A stretch of DNA of 64,000 nucleotides, taken from the NCBI RefSeq assembly GCF_006345805.1, contig NC_042998.1:50344001-50408000 (forward strand), in the 5' to 3' direction. This DNA is from Octopus sinensis (lineage: Eukaryota). The position numbers and the translations under genes are program-made. Positions 11,505-24,130 of this stretch are shown piece after piece (position 1 is the stretch's first letter; each line of letters opens with the position of its first letter). Under the pieces are notes generated by a model, which saw only the letters and a list, made by a program, of their open reading frames with translations, was not told the origin of the DNA and searched no databases.

Positions 11505-11954
11505 TCCACCCTCACGAAAAGAAACGAAGAAAAAGCACACAAGAAAGACAACGCGAGGACGTGTTACATGCAAAGTATAAACAGCTTCTCAGGGAAGGAA
11601 AGAAAAGTAGTTTTAACTTTCGAGCAAAGCTTTTCTTCAGAAACAGAACACAAATGAAAGTGCAAGAGAAAAGGTAGACGGAGAATGAGATAAAAATCCA
11701 AGGCTGTGGAAGAATTTAGAACATTTATAAATAGGTCTTACAGCTGTTTCCGGGATATTTTATATATCCCTACATCGGAGACGGTGTGAGAAAATGATAT
11801 GCCATAGTTATTCTAGATAAGATATTAAATGGCATAACCATTTTCTCACATTATCTTCGATGAAGGGATATATAAAATATCCCGGGAAACAGCGGTAAGA
11901 CCTATTTATAAATGTTCTAAATTCTTCCACAGCCTTGGATTTTTATCTCATTCT
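11500..11954. mobile_element. Penelope-type terminal fragments: hammerhead-like motif at 11610-11644 (-) plus inverted repeat 11682-11954
   Basis: ~123-bp arms (11682-11804 / 11830-11954), each carrying a CCGATGA..GGAAACAGCTGTA-like motif. Confidence 0.6.
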
Positions 11955-12029
11955 GAAAAGAATTTATATATATATATATATATATATTATAATATAATAT
12001 ATATATACATACATATATCGTTTTACCAT

Positions 12030-12214
12030 CGTATTTATTTTAGTCATTAGATTGCAGTTATGCAGGGACACACCCTTGTAAAACTTTTAGTCGGTCGAAT
12101 GGACCCTACCACCTGGTTTCTAAACCAGGTACCGATTATTTCTGTCTCTTTTGCCGAACCCGCTAAGTTACGGGGAAATGAATTATTCAACACCTGTTGT
12201 CAAGCGAAATATAA

Positions 12215-12215
<1 letters not shown>
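12030..12215 (-). mobile_element. Old family-C SINE 3' fragment
   Basis: tctcttttgccgaacccgctaagttacgggg and gttgtcaagcg motifs shared with other C copies. Confidence 0.7.
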
Positions 12216-12249
<34 letters not shown>

Positions 12250-13243
12250 TACACATATACAGAGAGAGAGAGAGAGAGAGGCAGACAGACAGATGAGTAT
12301 ACGTACATATATATATATGTATATACGCACACGCACACACAGATATGTATGTATGTATACTCACCGGGGACATATGCATAAAAAGTTAGAAGTAAAATGG
12401 CAGTCTTATACTTGATTCTAATTTTACTTACAATTACACTTCTAACAATGAACAACCACCCATGCGTACAGAAAATTATTTAAAAGTGTACCTTATCCTG
12501 TTTAGTTGATTCAATATATGTTTTGTCTCCGAGCGACAAGAATCATAGTCAAACGACCCGCAAAATAATGATGATTAAAATTGTTTTTACGGCAACACGA
12601 TACAGCAGCAGCTCTTATACCACGAAGCAATATTCAGTCCAGGGTAAACTGTTTTTATTTATATTGTTGTTTTGTTCTTTGTTATTATTTGTTATTCTGT
12701 AGGGAGGCAAAGAAGGAAATTATTTTGATTAATTAAAACTGCATTAATTATTAATTGTGCTTTCCCTATTTTTTTCTCTTGTGACGAATGCTAACAAATA
12801 TAGTTGCGCCTGCAAAGAGCTGATTCGTTTTTTGTTGTTGTTGTTCCTTTTTTATTGTTGTGTTACCTTTGTATTTATATTTATTTATGTTTCTTTGCCC
12901 ATGACCTTTCCTGACCTTTCCGCACACTGAAGATCGATAGGAAACATCTCTGCTTGGATCAATTACTGACCTTCAGTGCTGATATTACAGTCCCCTGTTC
13001 ACACATATGAAATTGTTCAATAACATACACAAGCATTTTCAATGTTCTGAGAAAAGGAAAAAAAAATTTAAATACCCATCTTGATCTTTAAGTTGATGAC
13101 TATAGGGAAAACATAGAGGAGGAAGAAATTTGAGAATGTTGTTTAGCAGTTGAAAACATTATAAAAATGCTTAGAACTTAGATCTGAAGACTAACACGGA
13201 GATAGGATAACGAGCAATCTGTTTACTTGTTAGGTGTATTAAA

Positions 13244-13502
13244 AAATATATAAATGCGCCCTTTTAAAGCCTAGCCAGGCTCATGGGCCCGGTTTCCCGG
13301 TTTCTATGGCGTATGTGTTCCCCAGCTGGACGGGACGCCAGTCCTTTGCAGCGTTAATCATTTTTGCCAGCTGGGTGGACTGGAGCAACGTGAAATGAAG
13401 TGTTTTGCTCAAGAACACAACGCGTAGCTCGGTCCAGGAATTGAAACCACAATATTACGATCATGGGGTTGAAACCTTAACCACTAAGCCACGCGCCTCC
13501 AC
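13244..13502 (-). mobile_element. SINE D, full length
   Basis: Head ggaggcgcgtggcttagtgg (A-box). 15-bp TSD GTTAGGTGTATTAAA at 13229-13243 and 13503-13517. Sister copy at 18978-19235. Confidence 0.9.
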
Positions 13503-13687
13503 GTTAGGTGTATTAAATGAACTTAAATACATGTGCTGCACCTCCCACTACCGCAAGAAAATAAAAGCTTTTGTGATAAAAAATGAGTGAAGAATCAAAG
13601 TGTCTGGGGATTGTGTGATTTAGGTGGTGAGCGAACATTTACCATGAAGCCGGGCGGTATTTCAGAAGGAGTGGGTGTGTGATTATA

Positions 13688-14100
13688 TAGAGGCAGGAGT
13701 GGGTGTGTGATTAGAAGCTTGCTTCCCAACCATATGGATCTGGGTTCAGTCCAACTGCGTAGCACCTTGGGCAAGCGTCTTCTACTATACCCTCGGACCA
13801 ATCAATGCCTTCTGAATGGATTTCATAAATGGAAACTGAAAGAAACCTATAGTATGTATGTGTGCGTGTGTGTGTGTGTGTGTTGTGTGTGTGTGTGTGT
13901 GTTTGTGCCCACCACCGTTCGACAATCGGTGTTAGTGCGTTTACGTCCCAGCAATTTAGCGGTTGGACAAAAGTGACTGATTGTATAAGTACCACGCTTT
14001 AAAAAATAAGTACTAGGATCGATTCATTCGACTATAAGTTCTCCAAGGCGGTGCCCCAGCGTTATCGCAGTCTAATGGTTGGAAAAAGTGTAAAAGATAA
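13688..14100 (+). mobile_element. SINE family C (diverged)
   Basis: Collinear with 36548-36964, with an internal (TG)n tract. Confidence 0.85.
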
Positions 14101-14374
14101 ATGATATGGAGCAAGATTAAACTATATTTGTGATACCAGTAATTACAATTAAGAACTCTGTAATGCCAGCGCCTATACGCCAAAAGTAGCCCTTAATTAT
14201 AATTGTATTTTATAATCATATACTTAAAAACTAATTTTATCGATAGGGTCATTTTTTATACGCTAGCCACTGATATAATCATTTTAATGATTATAACATT
14301 AATTTATAAGTATATACACACATATGCGCATGTGTGTGTGTGTGTGTGTATGTGTGTATGTATGTGTATCGTGT

Positions 14375-14778
14375 ATTCTTTTATTCTTTTACTTGTTTCA
14401 GTCATTTAACTGCAGCCATGCTGGAGCACCGCCTTTCGTCGAAGAAATCGACCACAGGACTTATAGTCTGTAAGCTTAGTACTTATTCTATCAGTCTCTT
14501 TTCCCAGAACCGCTAAGTTACGGGGACGTAAACACACCAACATCGGTTGTCAAGCGATGATGGTGGACAAACACAGACACACAAACATATACACACACAT
14601 ACACACGCGCACACACTCACACGCACACATATACGACGGGATTCTTTCAGTTTCCGTCTACCAAATCCACTCACAAGGCTTTGGTCGGCCCGAGGCTATA
14701 GTAGAAAACACTTGCCCAAGGTGCCATGCAGTAGGACTGAAACCGGAATCATGTGGTGGGGTAAGCAAGCCACTCCTA
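14375..14778 (-). mobile_element. SINE family C
   Basis: Reverse complement of the C sequence, with an internal CA tract. Confidence 0.9.
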
Positions 14779-14874
14779 TATATATATATCTATTTATATA
14801 TGAGTGTATGTGTGTGTGTGTGTGTGTGATGTATATGTAAGTATATATGTGTATGTATGTAGGTATGCCTTGGC

Positions 14875-15259
14875 GGTTTGATAGGGAAACTTTTCTTTGT
14901 AGATTACCTTCTATCAGGACGACCGACTTCTGTCGATATAAAACTTCAGACAATTGTACTTCAAGAAAATTCAAAGCGTTGCTATATCTGACTATCATAT
15001 TTTTTTCTTCAGATCGTTGCAACATTCTTTAGAAAGAAATCATTTTAATTGTGAAGAAGCTAAACTGATATTGAGAGTTATTTTGCTTCAAAACCTGAAG
15101 AATTTTACGCACGAGCGGTGAATAATTTGCCGAACAGATGGGACTGTTATGAATTATGAGTAGAACTACCATCTAGATTAAATATATCAATTAAGATCAA
15201 AGAAGCCTTTGTTTCTTTTCCATCTTGAAATGCGACAGGACTTTCTTTCAAACCTAATA
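14875..15259 (+). mobile_element. Internally deleted mariner element (3' end)
   Basis: GNFSL*...SGRPTSVD fused to SDYHIF..RSLQHSL...YFASKPEEFYARAVNNLPNRW. 3' end reads TATTAGGTTTGAAAG... on the minus strand (mariner-type TIR). Confidence 0.75.
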
Positions 15260-15696
15260 TATTTGTATGGTATCCATTTAACAGTACTGAAACCGTAGTC
15301 AAATATCGTATCTTCGACACATGATTTAGTTTATTTTATGTTTCTCCTTGATATTGGTAATCGATCATTTTTCTAAAAGTTCCTATAATGTTTTGATATT
15401 TTATTTCAGAAAAATCACCGAAACAAATAATGGAAATACAAGAATACAAAGTATCGATATCGTAAAGAAATCAAAGTTGAAATTAAACCGAAACCTCCTT
15501 CCCAACACATAGAAATAAAAAAAAAATTGATACCAACAAATGTATGAATGAAAGATAAATCAGATTAGAATATCTAGATCAGTGATTGTCAGCCTTTTGT
15601 TAGTCTGCATCCCCTTTCACAGAATGACGTTTAGCAAACGTCTTTTCATATGTTTTGCAAAAGCAAACCAATACATACATATGCATGCATGGACGC

Positions 15697-15738
<42 letters not shown>

Positions 15739-15914
15739 AGCAATTATTATAATCAAACAGAAGCTACTTTTGCATAGTGGCTTATAATCTATATTTTCCC
15801 ATACCATCCCATCTAGCGCGTGATGCTTTTTAGTGTAGATTAGTGCCCCTGTGTTATTTTTTTATGGAAATTATTAAAAAAAAAAAAAGGTTAGGTCTTA
15901 TTAAATGAAATTGG

Positions 15915-17140
15915 TAGGTTGGAAGAAATAAATCCTGTGGTATTTTCCTCATAATCTTTTGAGGGTATTTTTTCAATACGTAAAATAAGTATTAATTTTT
16001 ATATTGTAATGTTTCTGTTTTACTTTCTCTGCAGATTATTTTATACCATAGGGTTAAATTCGAATTGATTTTACCCTTTTATTATGAGATTAGATTAGAC
16101 TCATATCCCGCACTGCCTGCTGTATGAATTCAGATGAATTATTCTTCAGCATTGAAAGCGGCAAGAAATAATCGTTTTGTCTATAGGAATATAGCTTTAA
16201 GTGTCCAGTCATGCCAACAATAGTTTGACCAATTTTGACAGGGAAATTTTTTTCTCACAGTTTCCTCTCGATCTGGACCACCAACTTCTGTCAATATTAA
16301 GCTTTTGAAAGCTGTAGTTGAGGAATATCCAATGGAAACGCTATGAGAATTTGCAAAATAGTTAAATTCAAGTCACGCGTAGATCATAAAACACCTTCAT
16401 GAACAAGAAAGAGTGCCTAAACTTGGTTAGAAGGTCCCTCATTATCTGGATGTTTCTCAGCTTAATCAAAGGGTTGCTCTCAGCTAGTCATTGAGGCGTA
16501 GACTTGCTATCGAACCTTTCTTTAGTAGAATCATCACAGTAATGAAAAGTGGGTTTCATAAATCACAAAAACGACAATAGTTAGCACCTAATGAAAAAGG
16601 GAATCATTCTCGAACAAGGGCTACATCAGAGAAAAGTTATGCTGTTTGTTGGGTAAGATTTGTTGGATGTTGTCTATTATGAAGTGTTAGATCGAAAGGA
16701 AACGATTATTGCAGAAAAGTATTATCGTCAATTGTATTGTGCAAAAGCGTTTCAGAAAAACTGCCTATCATTAGTCAATCGTAAAGAGGTATTGTTCATC
16801 CATAACAATGCTAGGCCACATATTGGCCAAGTTATTCAAGAAAAGATTATAGAACTAAATACTGAAGATTTGCCTCATCATCCTTACTCACCAGATCTTA
16901 CTCCATCTGACAATCATCTTTTCAGATTTCTTCGGCGTTATTAATTGTTTAAAAGTATGTTGAATGCTTCTTTGTTTTGAAACCTGACTAATTTTACGTT
17001 CAAGGGATCAATAATTTGCTAAATAAATCGGATTATTGAGGCAAATATCATATATTTCGATTGAATATACAATTTAAGACCAAAGAAGCATTTGTTACTT
17101 TCCTTTCTTGAAATGCAAAAGAACTTCCTTTTTAACTTAT
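15915..17140 (+). mobile_element. Decayed mariner (DD34D-type) transposon
   Basis: ORF 16660-16944 has YYEVL..ETI.AEKYYRQL, LFIHNNARPH and YSPDLTPSDNHLFR. Upstream remnants include CLLYEF and IITVMKSG. The 3' end resembles that of the 14875-15259 element. Confidence 0.85.
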
Positions 17141-17730
17141 TGTATTAGATTTGGGTGCCCCATTCTTCATCTTTATGCTCGCTGGTAGCACAATGGCTTG
17201 CTCATATACTAATTCAACCAAAATAGGTGTATTTTTTCTTTATAAAAATGTGTTTATAATGTAAGAACAGGTTTTAAAATGTTATTTCTAAGAATAATCA
17301 CAGCACTTCCCAATATCCATTGCCTCACCCAGCATAGTGTTCACTTGATAATTATAATCCCCTTGTGAGTGGCCTAGCAGTATATTTATGAACAACTTAA
17401 CTCAAATTTTATAATTAACGATTCGATTTTAAATGCATCAGACTTTACCGTAGTGATTCACCCTCATGATAATATCGTTAATCAACTATATTTTCTCTAT
17501 GGTTAAATTCGTAACACACAAATGTACATTTAAAAGGGTTGCTAATATTTTTACATATTCGTAGGAAAGTTCTTTTTTATCGATCCTTTGACGGCTATCG
17601 TTAGATAGTGACCTGTACGGGCACACATATTAGTAGATACATTTCAGAGATGCTCATTTATATATACATGCATGCACATTTTAACGCATCCCTGCGTATA
17701 CAAATATATGTCTTATACACCTATGAATAT

Positions 17731-17960
17731 TATTTCTTTACTACCCACAAGGGGCTAAACACAGAGGGGACAAACAAGGACAGACAAACGGATTAAGTCG
17801 ATTACATCGACCCCAGTGGGTAACTGGTACTTATTTAATCGACCCCGAAAGGATGAAAGGCAAAGTCGACCTCGGCGGAATTTGAACTCAGGACGTAACG
17901 GCAGACGAAATACGGCTACGCATTTCGCACGACGTGCTAACGTTTCTGCCAGCTCGCCGC
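17731..17960 (-). mobile_element. Young family-A SINE, full length
   Basis: ~19-bp TSD CTTATACACCTATGAATAT at 17712-17730 and 17961-17979. Confidence 0.92.
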
Positions 17961-18458
17961 CTTATACACCTATGAATATGTTCTTAGTTCGTACGAATCC
18001 ATTCATTGCCGTCTATCATATTTATTTAGTATTTTTAATGAAATTGACTGCTTTCTGTTACTAAAAACTCTTGTATATTACATATTAATTTTAGAGAGAA
18101 AATTGCATTTGCTCTACACCTATTGAAGCGAATTATAGAGAGCTGCACCAAAGAAAATATCCTTAAATGTAATCAGAAATACTATAAAATCTCAAACTGT
18201 TGGAAACCTTTAAAATGCAGATAATCCCCAAACAGAACTGGGCGTGTAATATAAACAGAGTTCGTGTCAGTTTTATGCTGAAATAACAAAGATAATTTAC
18301 ACCGAGGATAAAAACCAACAATAAAATTAATTCCCTAGTACGCTGTCAAACTGCATGATCCAGATAGTACAGTCAGTTTTCAGCGATGGAGAATTTGATT
18401 ATTAATGAGTGTCTCCATCCAAAATAGCGCCATAAATTCGCCTAAAGTAATGACGAGG

Positions 18459-18568
18459 GATCCATAAAATCACACGAGTTCTCAACATGTCTCTGATCCG
18501 TAAAATTACACAAGTTCTCAAAATTGCGTCAGATCCATAATTTTATACAAGTTCTGAAAATATGTTAG
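18459..18568. repeat. Three diverged ~36-37-bp tandem units (gatcc.taaaat.acac.agttctcaa)
   Basis: GATCC starts at 18459, 18495 and 18532. Confidence 0.7.
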
Positions 18569-18814
18569 AACGAAAAATAAGACGGTGACAATAAGCATCT
18601 TATATACATACAGACACTGACGTGTAGTTAAGATGCTCACTTCAGAAACACATTGTTTCGCATTCAAGCTATTTATGCGGCAGGTTGATTCTCAAAATGC
18701 TAAAACTTGCTTTATTCATAATAGGCAATGGTGTATTTATTCACAATGACGCATAAGAGTATTCACAAATGGTTTACCGAATGACTCTTCGTTTTGTACT
18801 TAATAGTAAAATGT

Positions 18815-19292
18815 TCGTTCTACAGTAAGCACAAGGCTTGAAATTCTGTGCGAAGAGTCTTGTCGATAACATTGACCCCAGTGCTCAACTGGTACTTATT
18901 TTATTGACTAACCCCAAATGAATGAAAAGTAATATCGACCTCAATGACATTTGAGCGTTATGAGTCTAAAGAAATGCAAAAAAAAAATGCCCCCTTTTAA
19001 AGCCTAGCCAGGCTCATGGGCCCGGTTTTCCGGTTTCTATGGTGTACGTGTTCCACGGCTGGACGGGTCGCCATTCAATCGCAGCGTTACACATTTTTAC
19101 CAGCTGAGTGGACTGGAGCAACGTGAAATGAAGTATTTTGCTCAAGAACACTACGCGTCGCCCGGTCCAGGAATCCAAACCACAATCTTACGATCATGCT
19201 GCTGACACCCTAACCACTAAGCCACGCGCCTCCACAAAGAAATGCTACTGAGTATTTTATCCGATGCGCTAATGATTCTGCTAGCCCGCCCT
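18815..19292 (-). mobile_element. Old family-A SINE interrupted by SINE D
   Basis: A body at 18815-18977 and A head at 19236-19292. Confidence 0.7.
18978..19235 (-). mobile_element. SINE D, full length
   Basis: 10-bp TSD AAAGAAATGC at 18968-18977 and 19236-19245. Confidence 0.9.
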
Positions 19293-19669
19293 CTTTGATA
19301 TAACAAAACTATTACACTTCGATGTTAACCGAGCAGCCGAGACCAATAAATCGTGAATGTTATAGTATTTTCCTCTCACCGAAACTTGCTACGCCAAAAA
19401 TTAACAGCTTTTTGTCTCTGAATATATTTTACTGATTCAATGGATGATTTAATAGTAGTTATAAATATTTAATAACATCATAAAACTCTATTTACAAAAC
19501 AATTACAATATTGTTTGCAAAGCATTAAAAGATTTACCTGTAATTATCGATATTCTATAAACGCTTTTATTAGACTGTTCTTTGCAAAAGTATGACTCGT
19601 ATAAAGATTTCCGTGTTTCATTGTTATTTATAATCAGTATCTTTTACCTATCTTTTATCTTCTACTTGC

Positions 19670-20245
19670 TTCAATGTTTGGACTGCAAGTTTGCCGGGAC
19701 ACCGCCGTTAGGGGTTTTGTTGAGCGAACCGAACTCAATACTTATTTTTAAACCTGCTACTCATTCTACCGGTCTCCTATTGGCTAGCCTCTGGCGATGG
19801 GACTTAAACAAATTAACAACGATTGTCAAGCAGTGGTAGGGACAAACACAACGACATACTCAGGTGTGTATATATATATATATATATATATACAGAGAGA
19901 GAGAGAGGGGGGAGACAGTGAGAATTTACAAAAAAAAAAGACGAAGACGGGTGTGTAAACAACAAACAGATGTAGTAGTTTAACGCTCGGGGAGTGAGAA
20001 AGTCTTTTACGTTTCTAGCCTACGCTCTTCGACAGAAAGGAACACAGAAAATAAACAGAGAGAGGAAATAGAATCAATATATATAAACAATTGTAGCGTG
20101 GAAGGTGTTTATAAGCCGTTTAAAACACACAAAAACCGTTAGATTCGCTTCAACATTTAAATTTAATTTGCCAAAATATTCTCGTCGCTTTCTTTGAGAC
20201 CACATGTTCACTGACAAAATTCCGTGCTGCAGGTACATCTTCGTA

Positions 20246-20281
<36 letters not shown>

Positions 20282-21015
20282 TATGTATGTATGTGTGTGT
20301 ATGTATGTGTGTGTGTATGTGTGTAGACGACGGGCTTCTTTTAGTTTCCATTTACCAAATCCACTTAAAAAGCTATTGTCGGTCTGGAGCTATAGTGGAA
20401 GACATAAGGTGGCGTACAGTGGCACTGAAGCCAAGACCACATGTTTGAGAAGCAAGCTTCTTACCTCACAGCCACGTGATTATTTCTCTTTCTTATCCTG
20501 TTTATATCAACGTAATGCTAACATCTTACCCCAACCCACTTTCCTTTTAACTCTGTCACAGTCACTCACTCATTCGCACTTTGTTTGGCAAGAAGGGTTG
20601 AATGATAAAACCTCATTGTCCTCTTCCTTTTATATTACTTCTACTTACAATCACACATATTTTTATTTTTTATGATTTTTTTTGTGTGACAGCTCCTTAC
20701 ATTCACACAAGCCGCTCACCGTGACAGCAAATAAATACACATTGTTAATCATATGTTGCTATATGAGTGTGTGAGCTTTCACTCATGTATGAGTCGTTAT
20801 AAGATGAACATAATCAGTAGGCCTACCAAGTATATTCTTTGGTATTTAGTTCTGTCAAAGCTATCTCTATTTAGACAAAAGCTGCCTTGTTTTCATCCAA
20901 CACAGAACCTATAAAATAACTACCAGACAAAATACTAGGATCGATAAGATCGTTGAAAACTGGTAAGAGGCGTATCCCAGCATGCTACAGTCCAATGATG
21001 GAAACTAGTAAAATA
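19670..21015. mobile_element. Three separate family-C SINE fragments (19670-19850 -, 20325-20475 -, 20900-21015 +)
   Basis: Diverged matches to C 3' body, C 5' half and C tail respectively. Confidence 0.6.
19915..20075 (-). mobile_element. Penelope-type terminal repeat fragment with hammerhead-like motif (20003-20040)
   Basis: Same family as 5785-6230. Confidence 0.6.
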
Positions 21016-22029
21016 TCAAAAGAATACAAATAATGAAAGGAGGAGCTGAAAAATCCAGATATTCTCCGCCATAGGTAGCTACGTTAAAAAAAAGACTCCT
21101 CGGTTAAGCTAGTCTTCAACAATCAATCCTCCATTAAAGTTCAAACCGCATAGTTTAAAATGTCACCCACAGAGAATACTTTCGGTGAACAATCAATTAA
21201 TTCTGGTCAAATTAGCACCTTGAAACAAAACAACAACAAAAAAAGAGAGAGAAAGAAAGAAAGAAAGGAAGGAAGGAAGGAAGAAAGAAAGAAATAGAAA
21301 ACAGCATTTTGTTATTATCAATCTTCAGTGCTACGCCTGAACAGACGTGGTTCTAACGTTTTACATCGTCTTTTGTATCGATATAATTAATTATAATCAT
21401 TAATTACCACATCATTTCTGATATCTCTTCCAATTCATTGTGGATTGACTTTATAAAGCAAAAATGTTGGTAGTAGTGGGAATTAATTTTTCCGATTTTG
21501 ACTATCGAACTGTGAAACAAAACGAAATCTATCAGAAACAATATTTTGCAGCTTAACTACCAAGAGACAGTAATCGCAACGTGTTTCGAGATCGTTGGTT
21601 TGAACAGATAACAAACGACATTTTGTTTTCGAATACAAATAACAGATGTATAACCTTAACCTGCTGCATATTTCTAATGTAGAATAACAAGAATTAATTT
21701 TTGTTGTGAAAATATGAAAACTATTCAAGTGTTTTTGTTCACGTGTTTTTATTCGTCAGATTCTATGACCAGTGTGGAGAGGAACTTATTTATTGAATTT
21801 ATGAAATTTTCCTTTGTGATCTCATTGCTATATCATATCTGTCTGTCTTTCTCTCTCTCTCTCTTATTCATTCTCTGTTTGTATGTATGTCTATCTCTCC
21901 CCCTCTCTCCACCCCTTTCTCTCTCTCAAAGAGCTAAGAATTTTGAGATATGGAAGACATTGGCTAATATTTCTAGCAAATAAAACTGCTACGTAAGGGA
22001 TCTCCTCATTGGCTCGTGATGTGTATATT

Positions 22030-22245
22030 GGCTTTAAATTTTGACGCAAGGCCAAATTTCAGGTAAGCGGGGTATATCGATTATATCGACCCTAGTGCTC
22101 AACCGGTACTTATTTTATCTACCGGTGAAAGGATCGAAGGCAAAGTCGTCCTCGGCGGAATTTGTACTCAGAACGTAGAGACAGACGAAATGTCGCTAAG
22201 CACCTTTCCCGGCGTTCTAATGATTCTGCCAGCTCGTCGCCACCG
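22030..22245 (-). mobile_element. Old family-A SINE
   Basis: ggcgacgagctggcagaatcattag head and gactttgcctt..cctttc body on the minus strand. Confidence 0.8.
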
Positions 22246-22497
22246 TGATGAGTATATCAACATTGAGTTATTAAAGGAATGGAATCGAAGCAACCGAATA
22301 ACATCCACTGGAGTGAAACCTATTAATCATAAATCTTTCTTAAGGTGTGACCTTTACAATGAAGTATCTATGCTTCATACCTTTCTAAAGCTATTTATTA
22401 AAATGTGATATTCAGTCAGGTACTGATACATATGTTTGCAACCAAGTTTCTATTAACCCCGACACTATTGTTTCATAGCTTAAGAACTGTATAAGAT

Positions 22498-22565
22498 GTA
22501 GTTACCTTATTAAAAAGAACTCACTTTGAAGGTAGTTACCTTATTAAAAAGAACTCACTTTGAAG
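22498..22565. repeat. Perfect 34-bp tandem duplication
   Basis: GTAGTTACCTTATTAAAAAGAACTCACTTTGAAG x2. Confidence 0.95.
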
Positions 22566-22599
22566 AGATGGTTCACTCGCATCTGTTACATCCGGATCA

Positions 22600-22850
22600 C
22601 AGTAAGAACACGCATTATTATCACTTAATGCATCTGCTTCTGTTTCTTCATGCCCTTGCTTGATGACGCTAGGTTGACCCCAGGTTAATGGTCCCAGAGA
22701 CATCATCATGCGTAAAGCCAACTGGATCCATCAGTATTTTCCATCGCTGATTGTCCTGTGCCAGCCCCTCTGCATCTCTGCATATCTTCCTTAACCACAT
22801 CCAGCAATTGGTGCTGGGGTGCGGCACGCATCTACGAACACATATTCATG
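22600..22850 (-). mobile_element. RTE-type LINE extreme 3' remnant
   Basis: LLDVVKEDMQR then, frameshifted, LAQDNQRWKILM; resembles the RTE C-terminal W.D.VKED...A.DR..W motif. Confidence 0.45.
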
Positions 22851-22973
22851 TGTATTCAGTCTTACTTTTAAATTCTATCCCACGAATTACAAACGAAAAT
22901 GATTACGTGTAGTTTTCGTTAAATCAAGACCAGAAATGAAGAGGTGACCATTATCAGATGCCTTATACAATTG

Positions 22974-23290
22974 AAGGCGCATGGCTTAGTGGTTAGCGTG
23001 TTCTACTCACAATTGCAACGCTATGAGTTCCTCTACCGGCAGCGCGTTGTGTCCTTAAGTAAGGCACTTTATTTCACGTTGCTCCAAAAATAAGCTGGCA
23101 AAAATAAGTAGTAACTGTATTTCAAAGGGCCAGACATGTCACATTCAGTATCGCACTGAATACCTGAGAACTACGTTAAGGGTACGTGTGTCTGTGGAGT
23201 GCCCAGGCACTTGTACGTTAATTTCACGAGCAGGATTCTCCATTGATCGGATCAACTGGAACCCTCGTCGACATAACCAATGGAGTACCA
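22974..23290 (+). mobile_element. SINE F (E-type head + tail type 1)
   Basis: gaaggcgcatggcttagtgg head; gagaactacgttaagggtac...ggaaccctcgtc tail shared with 677-1063. Confidence 0.8.
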
Positions 23291-23869
23291 GTTTTATATA
23301 AGCTTAAACGATTCTTGAAATTTCCTGTAAACAGACAAAAGTTTTTGCATTTTGCCCACCACCCCATCAGCATATCTCCCACCTCTTCACTTCTCCATCT
23401 CCCATTCTCCCTCTTTCCTCCCTCTCAATTTTAACAACTACACAGTTCTTCTCTTTTCCTGCTATATTTTCTTACCCTTTTTCCCTCTCTTTGAAATTTT
23501 CTAGTTGTACCGAGAATGATTCCATGTGAAAATGTTGGCACAGACAACGATGAAATATTTAATAAGCTGAAACTTTATTTTATGTTATTCTACTTCGTTT
23601 TGAAAACCGAACAGCTGATGGGCGTGACAATGATAATTAATTATATATCGTACTGAAAGTATCTCGGTTCATTCGATTTATTACAACAGTTGATGACAAT
23701 GAGAGACCACACTTACGTGACAACGTTTTATAACACATAAATTACCTTGTAAATATTAACAATTGAAATCTTAGATAAATTCACTGACACGCGTATATAC
23801 GTCTAAAAGATTGAGAATATATGCATTTATGCATGCTGAGATTTTAATTTAGATTTCGCTACTTGCTTA

Positions 23870-23877
23870 TATCTATC

Positions 23878-23909
<32 letters not shown>

Positions 23910-24130
23910 TGTATGTATGTATGTATGTATGTACATACACACACATATATAAGCAATTAACCAACTCATTCATATCTATCTATCTATCTATCTACCTATC
24001 TATCTGTCTATCTATCTATATATGTATCTACTTATCTATCTACTTATCTATCTATCTATCTGCCTGTCTCTCTAAGCATCTATCTATCTGTCTGGCTCTC
24101 TCTATCACACACACACACACACACACATGC
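23870..24130. repeat. (TATG)n, (TATC)n and (CA)n microsatellites
   Basis: Visible directly. Confidence 0.9.
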
